DNA of 61,117 bases from an uncultured Methanosarcinales archaeon (GTDB taxonomy: Archaea > Nanobdellota > Nanobdellia > Woesearchaeales > GW2011-AR4). The notes under the pieces are model-generated. The model saw only the letters and a program-made list of their open reading frames with translations, had not been told where the DNA came from and made no database searches. Made by a program: the position numbers and the translations under genes. Below are positions 1 to 7,883 of this stretch, piece by piece. The DNA is taken from the NCBI GenBank assembly GCA_964396095.1, contig CAYNCK010000088.1:1-61117 (forward strand), read 5' to 3'. Numbering within the stretch: the stretch's first letter is position 1; the number at the start of each line of letters is the position of its first letter.

Positions 1-338
1 TCAGGTTTTTTCTCTGTATTTTTTATTGGAAGTTTTTGCTCTTCTTTCGGTTTTTTATGTTCTGCAGCGTGGAATTTTTCTTCCTTTTTATGTTCAGAAT
101 CTGTTTCAACTGCTTGCTTTAATTCTGGTTTTTCTTCTTTCTTTGGCTCTTTCTGCGCTTCAATGGATTCCTTGCCGACAAATTTTTCTCTTAATTTGGA
201 AAAAAAACCCTTATCCTGGTTCTTTTTCTTCTCTAAATTTTTCTCTATAATCTTCTCTTCTATCTTGCCTTCTTTCTCCACACCTTCAGAAATCTTTGAG
301 ATGGCGCTTTTCAGCTTTTCCTTTAAAAACTTGAACAT
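1..338 (-). CDS. ftsY: Signal recognition particle receptor FtsY, N-terminal acidic/lysine-rich part (runs off window edge; not in ORF track)
   Basis: ATG at 338 gives MFKFLKEKLKSAISKISEGVEKEGKIEEK..., open to base 1. The N-terminus is typical of archaeal FtsY and it lies directly downstream of prefoldin alpha, a conserved archaeal order. The GTPase domain is outside the window. Confidence 0.7.
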   Translation of the reverse strand, partial: MFKFLKEKLKSAISKISEGVEKEGKIEEKIIEKNLEKKKNQDKGFFSKLREKFVGKESIEAQKEPKKEEKPELKQAVETDSEHKKEEKFHAAEHKKPKEEQKLPIKNTEKKP

Positions 339-363
339 TTTATTGTATAAGTTTGAACAGAAC

Positions 364-783
364 TTATCCTTCCGAAACCATATTTTGCAGCTGCACTTCC
401 AGGTTGCCGGCCCGCTCAGCCATTTTCTCCAAATCTTCTATCATTCTTCTCTGCAATTTTTTCATTTCTTCTATCTGGTCGATTATCAGCTTTTTTGCAG
501 AAGATATATTTTTTGTGACGACAACATTGGAACCCACGTTTACGAGCAACTCCGATGTGTCATTTAAAGTTGCCTTTGCAAATATGCCTGAGCTCAAAGG
601 CACGAACAGTTCCTTGTCTTTTTTGAGTTTATCGAATTCGTCAAGGCTGTTGCTGGTTGCGGTCATTTCCATGATTTGGTTAGTCAATACTTCCAAGTGC
701 TTTTGTATCTGCTTTATTCGCTGGTCAAGCGCCTGGAATTCCATGTACATTTCCTGCACCTTTTCTTCCTTGTTTTCTGCCAT
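364..783 (-). CDS. pfdA: Prefoldin alpha subunit
   Basis: Coiled coil / beta-hairpin (LFVPLSSGIFAKA, LLVNVGSNVVV) / coiled coil, 139 aa. Confidence 0.92.
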   Translation of the reverse strand: MAENKEEKVQEMYMEFQALDQRIKQIQKHLEVLTNQIMEMTATSNSLDEFDKLKKDKELFVPLSSGIFAKATLNDTSELLVNVGSNVVVTKNISSAKKLIIDQIEEMKKLQRRMIEDLEKMAERAGNLEVQLQNMVSEG

Positions 784-784
784 G

Positions 785-1759
785 TTATTTCATCTTCTTT
801 TGAAGTTTTTTGTACATGTCCTCGTACACAACGCCCATTGGCAATCCTTCGTGGGTCCTTTTTATTGTTTCTGCAAGCAGCGGGCCCACCGATATGATTT
901 TTATTTTATTTGTGATTTTTTCCTTTGGAAGGTGGATGGTATTGGTTACTATAACCTCTTTTAATTTTGACTTGCTAATCCTGTCCATTGCAGGACCTGA
1001 AAAAATTCCGTGGGTTGCCAGTGCATAAACTTCCTTTGCCCCGAATTTAATAAGTATGTTCGCAGATTCGGTTATTGAGCCGGCAGTGTCGATAAGGTCA
1101 TCAACAATAATGGCAGATTTTCCCTTGACATCGCCTATAACATTCAAAACTTCGGCCACATTTTGCTCGGGCCTTCTTTTGTCTATGATTGCTATCGGCG
1201 CATTCAAAACTTTTGCAAAAGATCTTACCCTTGCTGCACCGCCGGCATTCGGGCTTACAATAACAATATTTTTCATTTTCTTATCTGTCAAATAATCAAT
1301 AAACTGCGGTATTAAATCAAGGTTGTCGCTCGGTATGTCAAAAAATCCCTGAACCTGTGCAACGTGAAGGTCAAACATTATGACTCTCTTGACTCCAGCT
1401 GTCTCAAGCATGTTTGCAACCAATTTTGCAGTAATCGGCTCTCTCGGCCTTGTCTTCTTATCCTGCCTGCAATAGCCATAATAAGGTATGACTGCAGTAA
1501 TGTTTTGAGGAGATGAACGCTTTAGGGCATCAACAAGGATTAACAGTTCCACAAGATTCAGGCTTGCATCCGGGGAAGTCGGTTGTATAATATAAATATC
1601 TGCGCCCCTTACGCTTTCAAGAACCCGGCAGTAAATTTCTCCGTCATGAAATCTTTTGATGTCAACTGGAGTCAGTGGCACATTAAGTATTTTTGCAACT
1701 TCTTCTGCAAGCTTTTTGTTTGCAGTCCCTGATATAAGCTTAAAATGTTCCTTTAGCAC
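785..1759 (-). CDS. prs: Ribose-phosphate pyrophosphokinase (class I-like)
   Basis: FHDGE, PYYGYCRQDK, DLHVAQVQGFF, IDKRR, IVDDLIDTAGS motifs. Confidence 0.95.
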   Translation of the reverse strand: MLKEHFKLISGTANKKLAEEVAKILNVPLTPVDIKRFHDGEIYCRVLESVRGADIYIIQPTSPDASLNLVELLILVDALKRSSPQNITAVIPYYGYCRQDKKTRPREPITAKLVANMLETAGVKRVIMFDLHVAQVQGFFDIPSDNLDLIPQFIDYLTDKKMKNIVIVSPNAGGAARVRSFAKVLNAPIAIIDKRRPEQNVAEVLNVIGDVKGKSAIIVDDLIDTAGSITESANILIKFGAKEVYALATHGIFSGPAMDRISKSKLKEVIVTNTIHLPKEKITNKIKIISVGPLLAETIKRTHEGLPMGVVYEDMYKKLQKKMK

Positions 1760-1880
1760 AAAACCACCTTGGTTAATTTATTTTAGAACTATTAAGTATA
1801 TAAAAAGATTTGGGTTTTTGGATTGTTTTGATTTAAGAATACGAAATATTTAAATAATATTTAGGAATTGTCCATAAATT

Positions 1881-2336
1881 ATGGCAATAAGTGATTATAT
1901 CAGGAGATTATCTGGAGAATATTATGAACACCAGCGTGCGTTGGACGAGCTAAAGCCAAAAATTGATAGAGTACAATCTATAGCAGATAATATCAAACAA
2001 ACTAAAGATGGTCCGGAAAGGACGTTAAACAGGTCATTTGAAGAAATGATTGCAATAGGTGACCCGGTGTTTCTCAAATTATCTTCAAAATATCCTTCAT
2101 TTATTGCTAGACCATTATCAGATAAAATGAAAAATAGAACCATGACTGAAAATGAATACAATTCGGTTTTGAAAGACAACGATTTTGTTGCACAATACGC
2201 ATTAAGACACTATCATTCAATAATGATGGACACTAATTCAAACGAGTTTGGTAAAATGATGGCAATAATGGATTATAATGGTGTCAAAGAATGGATGGAT
2301 AGGGGATTAGTAAAAAGACTTCTTGAAAAAATTTAG
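1881..2336 (+). CDS. Hypothetical protein (151 aa)
   Basis: ATG-initiated ORF filling the gap, stop overlaps scpA stop; no recognisable motif. Confidence 0.6.
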   Translation: MAISDYIRRLSGEYYEHQRALDELKPKIDRVQSIADNIKQTKDGPERTLNRSFEEMIAIGDPVFLKLSSKYPSFIARPLSDKMKNRTMTENEYNSVLKDNDFVAQYALRHYHSIMMDTNSNEFGKMMAIMDYNGVKEWMDRGLVKRLLEKI

Positions 2337-3106
2337 GATTGATTTGTTTCACTGCCCTCTTCAACTTTAGCCTGCTCATCTTTCTTCTTCAGCAAAATTT
2401 CTATCTCGCCAAAAGGGAATTCCTGGCTTAATTCAATTTTATTTTGCTGCGCAAGGTAAAGCAATGGAATGAAAGTATGAACTTTGTCTTCTTTTGATTC
2501 TGAAGGCAATAGCTTTTTGAAAGTCAGCTTGTTTTTTATTGTGTTGATAAAAAACAGTTTAATCCGTCCATAGACTTCCCTGATTATTTCCGTTATGTCT
2601 TTTTTTTTCTTCGGAGCTTCAAGGTTTAACGGAGGTATCGAATGCAATAACCTTCTTTTCTTGACTTCCAATGCCCTTTCCAAAGCTTCAACAAGGTCAA
2701 AAATTGAAACCTTTCTTTTTCTTGGCTGAGGAGTTCTCGGAATTAGGGCTGGAATTTCTGTCAATTTTTCAATCTGCCCTGATTCCTCAAACCCGAGCTC
2801 TTCCATTTCATCTTCAACGCCCATAAGAAGCCTGTCAAGCTCGCTTAAGTCATCTCCAACAAGCTTGGTTGATTTAATTTTCAAAAGAATTGCAGCAGCA
2901 AGAAGCACTTTGCCGGAAACCCTGAAATCATGCTCCTTGAGGCTTCTGAGCATGTCAATATATTTTTGAGTGAGCAAGCTTATATCAATATCCCATGGAT
3001 CCATCTGCTCATTTTTCACAAGCTCATAAATTATGCTCTGCCAGGTGACTTCGTCAGCCTTTGATAAAATTATGCTGAAAATCTTTTCATGGGGGTCCAT
3101 ATGCAA
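2333..3106 (-). CDS. scpA: Segregation and condensation protein A (kleisin)
   Basis: MDPWDIDISLL, SGKVLLAAAILLKIKS, TFIPLLYL..IEL.QEFPFGEI winged helix. Confidence 0.9.
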   Translation of the reverse strand: MHMDPHEKIFSIILSKADEVTWQSIIYELVKNEQMDPWDIDISLLTQKYIDMLRSLKEHDFRVSGKVLLAAAILLKIKSTKLVGDDLSELDRLLMGVEDEMEELGFEESGQIEKLTEIPALIPRTPQPRKRKVSIFDLVEALERALEVKKRRLLHSIPPLNLEAPKKKKDITEIIREVYGRIKLFFINTIKNKLTFKKLLPSESKEDKVHTFIPLLYLAQQNKIELSQEFPFGEIEILLKKKDEQAKVEEGSETNQS

Positions 3107-3195
3107 TTTTTGGGATTAATCATATATAAATTTATTCATTAATTAGTAGAAAACGAAAGATATAAATACATGTAATCCTAAGAAAGTGCTGTGTT

Positions 3196-3495
3196 TTGAT
3201 GAAAGGCCAAAAGCTGTCTAAGCACGATATGTATGTGTTGGAGCTAAGCAACAAAATAAAACATAACTATGATTCTGTATCTTTGAATGTTCCTGTTAAG
3301 CATTACAAGCGTTCTTTAGGTGAGATTGATATTGTTGCAAAAAAAGGCGATAAGTTTGATTTGTACGAAGTCAAATGCTCGTTCAGGATTCTTAAGGCGA
3401 AGAAACAGCTTGATAGGATGAAAAGGCATTTGAAGCTTGAGGATGCGGGAAGCTATTTCTACTGCGGAAATTCAAAGGCTTTGGTTGTTGTATAA
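3196..3495 (+). CDS. Small PD-(D/E)XK nuclease-fold protein (YraN/Hjc-like)
   Basis: GEIDIVAKKG...YEVKCS = D...ExK signature in 99 aa. Confidence 0.65.
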   Translation: MMKGQKLSKHDMYVLELSNKIKHNYDSVSLNVPVKHYKRSLGEIDIVAKKGDKFDLYEVKCSFRILKAKKQLDRMKRHLKLEDAGSYFYCGNSKALVVV

Positions 3496-3545
3496 CATTT
3501 AATAAAAACCTTTTTATACACTTTACTTATACAAAACCATGTTTT

Positions 3546-3678
3546 GGGCCCGTAGTCTAGCCGTTACCACGCAAAACTTCGTTTTGCTGAGTTTGCGTGG
3601 CCGCAAATGACGTCACCCTTACAATCCTTAAAATGATTTGAAAGGTGAAGGTCACCAGTTCAAATCTGGTCGGGCCCA
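3546..3678 (+). tRNA. tRNA-Val(TAC) with two introns: D-loop intron 3566-3606 (41 nt) and canonical 37/38 intron 3624-3642 (19 nt)
   Basis: Acceptor GGGCCCG/CGGGCCC+A, anticodon stem TCACC/GGTGA with TAC, T arm ACCAG-TTCAAAT-CTGGT. Removing the two insertions at relaxed bulge-helix-bulge sites restores a cloverleaf. Confidence 0.85.
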
Positions 3679-3760
3679 TTATACATTATCCGTGCAATCG
3701 AAGATTGCACTTGTTCCCGCACTCAACTGACGGAACAGTTGAGCAGGTCGGGCCCATTAT
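3668..3760 (+). repeat. Hairpin mini-element copy 1, flanked by a 15-bp direct repeat of the tRNA-Val 3' end (3668-3682, 3746-3760)
   Basis: GGTCGGGCCCATTAT twice, 78 bp apart. Between them lie hairpins GTGCAATC-GAA-GATTGCAC (3692-3710) and CTCAACTG-ACGGAA-CAGTTGAG (3722-3743). Confidence 0.85.
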
Positions 3761-3966
3761 TTTAAAACCATATTAAATACTCAAGATAAAAAAATTTGGC
3801 GACCAATGAAAAAGCACTCAGTACTATAATAGGTAACCTGCATCGTGATTGATTATTGAATAAATTGGCGAGGCTGAGAGTGTGTCCAAACAGCGAAGCC
3901 TAGCACAAAATATTGTCGCGAAGCGACGGATTAAAAAATTTCAAATAGAATATAAATTTCATTTTT

Positions 3967-4038
3967 GCGCGAGTGATCTAGTGGCTATGATTGGGCCTTG
4001 CCAAGGCTCCCACCCGGGTTCGAATCCCGGCTCGCGCA
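3967..4038 (+). tRNA. tRNA-Gly(GCC), intronless
   Basis: GCGCGAG/CTCGCGC+A acceptor, GGGCC-TTGCCAA-GGCTC anticodon arm, CCGGG-TTCGAAT-CCCGG T arm. Confidence 0.95.
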
Positions 4039-4099
4039 TATCCTTCTTGGTTAGATGCGCCATGCAACATTTATAAGGGATTTAAAAAGGTGAGGCAGC

Positions 4100-4465
4100 A
4101 TGGCAGAAGATGATATCTATGGAAATAAGGCAATTTATGAAAATTTTAAGAAAAATATCCATGAAATTTGCCTATCAAATGAAGTTGTAAACACTAGATT
4201 CAGGCATCGGATTTACTATTGTAAAAACCATGAAAACCTGAAATATTTTACAAAATTAATCAATTATTTTGAAAATCTGGATTTGTCCTACATTAGGAGG
4301 ATAAGAATTCTTAGAGCCTTAACTTTCATCAGTAATTTTGTAACAAAAGACCTATCAGAATGCGAAAGAGAAGACATTGATCTTTTGCTGCCGGAAATCC
4401 ACAAGACAACCATAACCGACATAAAGCATACAAGCTACATGGAAAAAGTGTTGGCCAGAAGCTAA
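4100..4465 (+). pseudogene. Probable truncated tyrosine integrase (N-terminal SAM-like part only)
   Basis: MAEDDIYGN..Y start and LSYIRRIRIL.AL...KDL..CEREDID.LL resemble N-termini of archaeal tRNA-targeting integrases. It begins 61 bp after tRNA-Gly and has no R-H-R-Y catalytic domain. Confidence 0.45.
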
Positions 4466-4527
4466 GGCAACGCAAAAAAGAGGTGATTTTTTTATACTTA
4501 AAATAGAAAGATTTAAATATGTAAGTA

Positions 4528-4556
4528 TTTACACAATTGTGTAAAATGTTACACAA
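4528..4556 (+). promoter_or_regulatory. Candidate autoregulatory operator of the MNT-HEPN module
   Basis: Perfect 18-bp palindrome TTTACACAATTGTGTAAA (4528-4545) between TATA-like ATTTAAATA (4511-4519) and ATG 4546; third half-site TTACACAA at 4549-4556. Confidence 0.6.
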
Positions 4557-5169
4557 TAAATATTACGAGATATTAAAGCAATTTTTAGGGGATTACAATA
4601 AGGAGGTATACGGGCGCAAGCTGATTGGAAAAGTCAAAATGAGCCAGAAAGGCATAGCTCTTGCGCTTGAAGAACTTGAAAAGCTCAATATAATCAAATC
4701 AAGAAAAGAAGGCAGCTTGAAGTATTATTACCTCAACGGAAAGAACACAGAGATAAAAGACATAATCATAATAACTGAAATCATGAGAAAACAAGAGTTC
4801 ATGTCAAGAGAAAGGATGATTGCAAGGCTTTTCAAGCCTGATTCAAGAATAGTTGGAATTTTTGGCAGCTACGCTCAGGGATACCAACGCAAAAGCTCCG
4901 ATATTGATGTTTTTATCATAGGAGAAAATAAGGGAGAGGGTTACGGAATGGGTAAGGGAAGCGGACATGGATATGGAGACGGAAGCGGGGATGGAAGTGG
5001 AATCATGGGCTTTGATATAAGCATAAAGTATTTTTCAAGAGCAGAATGGAAAAATCTATTAAAAAAAAGGAATAACCTTGTTATAAATATACTGTCTAGC
5101 CATATATTGGTTTTCGGGTTTGAAAAGTTTGTGGAAATGGCATGGGGGAACTACTATGGTAACAATTAA
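4546..5169 (+). CDS. Winged-helix + minimal nucleotidyltransferase (MNT) antitoxin
   Basis: N-terminal wHTH (SQKGIALALEELEK..II), GIFGSYAQG...SDIDVFII motif. Start moved to ATG 4546 from promoter spacing. Confidence 0.85.
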   Translation: MLHNKYYEILKQFLGDYNKEVYGRKLIGKVKMSQKGIALALEELEKLNIIKSRKEGSLKYYYLNGKNTEIKDIIIITEIMRKQEFMSRERMIARLFKPDSRIVGIFGSYAQGYQRKSSDIDVFIIGENKGEGYGMGKGSGHGYGDGSGDGSGIMGFDISIKYFSRAEWKNLLKKRNNLVINILSSHILVFGFEKFVEMAWGNYYGNN

Positions 5170-5618
5170 ATGGTGCATGGAACATAGGGATGGAATCAGA
5201 ATAATAGAGCCTGACGAAAAGCGGGCTGATTCTTACATCAAGATGGCTGAAGAGTCAATCTATTCTCTTAGGGGTGTTGAGAAAAGCAGCATCTGGACAG
5301 CAACAATGACTTATTACATTTTTTATTATTCCCTTTATTCGCTAATGATGAGAATTGGCATCAAGTGCGAAATACACTCATGCTCTCTGGAGTTCATGAA
5401 GCAGCATCTATCCAGTTTCTAGTAAGCAGGACATGGAAATGATGCAAAAAGCATTTGAAGCAAGAACCAATGTCCAGTATTACGCTGACAGGCCTGTGGA
5501 TGGGAAAACCATTGAACAGGCAAAGCAATACTGCAAGACGTTCTTTACAAAAACGCAGGATATTCTCGGAAACATAAAAGATGAAGAGATTAAAGAAGTA
5601 AGGAAGAAATTAAAGTAA
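5156..5618 (+). pseudogene. HEPN-domain toxin partner, frameshifted at ~5420
   Basis: ATG 5156 overlaps the MNT stop. WTATMTYYIFYYSLYSLMMRIGIKCEIHSCS is followed by TAG TAA, then the +1 frame continues KQDMEMMQKAFEARTNVQYY; adding 2 nt restores one HEPN ORF. Confidence 0.8.
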
Positions 5619-5793
5619 AATCAATTCATTCTTTCCTTGACTGGCTTTTGTCCTCAGAAAACCTAAATAAGGATAAATCTATTGAAATCCTTACAATCCA
5701 TTCCATCTCTCTGCTGCCTATCAATCAGATAAATGCTCAAAAACAAAAATTGCGATACCAACGCCCGCAATCAGCCATCCGGCCTTATTAGTA

Positions 5794-6351
5794 TTAAATT
5801 TTTTTACATTCAATAACTCTTTTTTCTGTAATTATTATGTCAACCGGAACATCGTGCTCTTCTTTAGGAATTTTGTCAACAATCTGCAAGTCAAAGCATA
5901 ATCCAATCTTTATAGCTTTCGGAACTCTTGCAAGGAACTTGTCATAATAGCCAAAACCATATCCTATCCTGTTCCCTTCTTTGTCAAATGCAATTCCAGG
6001 CACTAATATTAAGTCAATGTTCTTGTATGCAATCTTCATTACGTCAATCGGCTCTAAAATTCCATACTTTTCGCTTGGAATCAAATTGTCAAAATCAATT
6101 ATCATGCTCGGCTCAATTTCATGATGCAAAACTTTTGGAACAATCACAGTTTTGCTTCCAAGTGTTTTTTTAATCATTTCATGGGTATGTACTTCGCTGT
6201 TGATTGAAACAAAGAACATAATTGCCCTGGATTTTTTAAAAATTTCAAGATTAAATAATTTTGACTCTATTATGCTGCTTATTTCTAAAATCTCTTCTTT
6301 TGTGAGAGAATTGCGCTGTTTAAGAACGGACTGCTTAAGGGTGTGTTTCAT
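5794..6351 (-). CDS. 5-formyltetrahydrofolate cyclo-ligase
   Basis: IDLILVPGIAFDKEGNRIGYGFGYYDKFL, EEHDVPVDIIITE; real start taken as MKHTLKQ at 6351. Confidence 0.92.
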   Translation of the reverse strand: MKHTLKQSVLKQRNSLTKEEILEISSIIESKLFNLEIFKKSRAIMFFVSINSEVHTHEMIKKTLGSKTVIVPKVLHHEIEPSMIIDFDNLIPSEKYGILEPIDVMKIAYKNIDLILVPGIAFDKEGNRIGYGFGYYDKFLARVPKAIKIGLCFDLQIVDKIPKEEHDVPVDIIITEKRVIECKKI

Positions 6352-7051
6352 GTGTGCCTGCAACCAATTCAAAGCTTTTGTAGCCGGGTTTATATTCATA
6401 AACAGTGACAGGATGCGGGCACAATCCATCGGGTCCAAGTACAGAGGCGATTCTTGGATATTTAACTGCAAGCTCTTTAAGCCTACTGACAAATATTTTG
6501 AAATTATTTTCAATTTGTTCATTTGCGACTGCAATATATGATGGCGAACTCCTTACCATTGAATTATAAAAAGCAGCCGCTAATAAGCTCCTGTCAGGAT
6601 CCGGAAGCCTTTTTCCAAACCCGTCTGTGAAATCCCTTGCTTTGTGCTCCAGTTCTGAATATGAAATTTTGCCTTTTGGCTTATGGTGAAACGAAAGCAT
6701 GCCTTCGTAGGTGCCATCGAATTTTTTCTTAGCCTTTTTTATTAAATCTGTCAATTCAGATTTGGCAGTCTCTAAATCCCCATGGGAGTAGGATCCATTT
6801 GCTGATGTGGCAAACTCGCCAAATATATCCAGCAATCCATCAAAATTTTTAGAAGCGGCCCGGACAGTATATACGGTTGGCTGTGCAATAAACTCATTGT
6901 ATAAAACAATCTGTTGGCGTAAATTGTCTAAGGTTGACTGGTCAGGATTCTGAAGAAAGTATTCAACTAATATTGTTGACGAATCAAAAAATAATTTTCC
7001 GTGAACACTCTCAGCTTCAAGCCGAATTTTTTTTAAACTTCGTAGCACCAT
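6335..7051 (-). CDS. Hypothetical protein, possibly divergent PIN fold
   Basis: LFFDSST near N-terminus and LPDPDRSLLAAA resemble PIN acidic motifs; start uncertain (7051 or 7096). Confidence 0.5.
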   Translation of the reverse strand: MVLRSLKKIRLEAESVHGKLFFDSSTILVEYFLQNPDQSTLDNLRQQIVLYNEFIAQPTVYTVRAASKNFDGLLDIFGEFATSANGSYSHGDLETAKSELTDLIKKAKKKFDGTYEGMLSFHHKPKGKISYSELEHKARDFTDGFGKRLPDPDRSLLAAAFYNSMVRSSPSYIAVANEQIENNFKIFVSRLKELAVKYPRIASVLGPDGLCPHPVTVYEYKPGYKSFELVAGTHETHP

Positions 7052-7082
7052 AAATAATGAGAATATTTGGCAATTTAAAAAC

Positions 7083-7778
7083 TTAATCCCTTCCAATCAA
7101 ATCTGCGGTTCCTGCCCCCAATGATGCAAGGACAGAGGTAACTGCAATCTGCTTGTAAAGCTCGGTTAAGTCTGTGAAATTAATCTGGTTGAAAAGGAAG
7201 AAAATTGCCAGTATAACAATTATTGAAGTCATGAATATAACTGTTGCCCTTATCGGCAAAACTCCTGCAATTTTCTTGTCATGAATTTCCCTATAGCCGG
7301 TTTCATACATAAGCAGTATTATAAGCAGATATGAAAAAATAAACAAAACACTTGCCCTGCCGATGCTTATGCCTTTGGCTATCTCTTTTCCATAAAGAAA
7401 TGCAAAATGCGCGACAACTCCTATAAATGCGCCTATTATTCCCTTGTTCAGGTCCCTTATATGGAATTTTTTTAATGGCTGAGGCGTAACCTCCTTTTTT
7501 ATTTCTTTTTCCAGCTTTTCAACGTGCCTTGTCTCTGCCTCAATTTTTTTCTCTTCTGAAACTATAGTATCCTGCTTCTTTTCTATCTTCTGCTCCTTAT
7601 CCTCAATAGCGGCTTCTTTCGCCTCAACCTTTTTCTCTTCTGCAAGAATTTCAAGCTCATGCAGGGCATCTATCATTGGCTTTGGGGTTTTTGAAGCCTT
7701 TTGCACATCATTTTTTTTTGGCTTGAATTTTTTTGCAGAAACAGACTTCAGTTTAGATTTGCCTCTTTTTTTAGCCAT
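7083..7778 (-). CDS. Membrane protein (DUF2391-like C-terminal TM bundle) with charged coiled-coil N-terminus
   Basis: Lys/Glu-rich first ~100 aa followed by about four hydrophobic helices. Confidence 0.55.
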   Translation of the reverse strand: MAKKRGKSKLKSVSAKKFKPKKNDVQKASKTPKPMIDALHELEILAEEKKVEAKEAAIEDKEQKIEKKQDTIVSEEKKIEAETRHVEKLEKEIKKEVTPQPLKKFHIRDLNKGIIGAFIGVVAHFAFLYGKEIAKGISIGRASVLFIFSYLLIILLMYETGYREIHDKKIAGVLPIRATVIFMTSIIVILAIFFLFNQINFTDLTELYKQIAVTSVLASLGAGTADLIGRD

Positions 7779-7883
7779 AATCTGGTTTTATCTTAAATGA
7801 TATTTAAATTTTTTTGTTTTTGCCAAAATGCGAAAATATTTAAAGCCTTCATGAAGCAGTAGCATAAACTCAGTAGCTAAACA

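Noticed and set aside
26-964. Plus-strand ORFs over ftsY/pfdA/prs, and the many similar antisense ORFs throughout the track
   Set aside because: Shadow frames opposite well-supported genes; Phe/Ser/Leu-rich composition is typical of antisense to A-rich coding DNA
3882-4076. 64-aa ORF
   Set aside because: Overlaps tRNA-Gly entirely
5420-5425. TAG in the HEPN gene as pyrrolysine/readthrough codon (tempting given two LysRS)
   Set aside because: Followed immediately by in-frame TAA, the continuation is in another frame, and no pyl genes are seen
4038-5790. attR closing an island at tRNA-Gly
   Set aside because: No second copy of the tRNA-Gly 3' end found by eye
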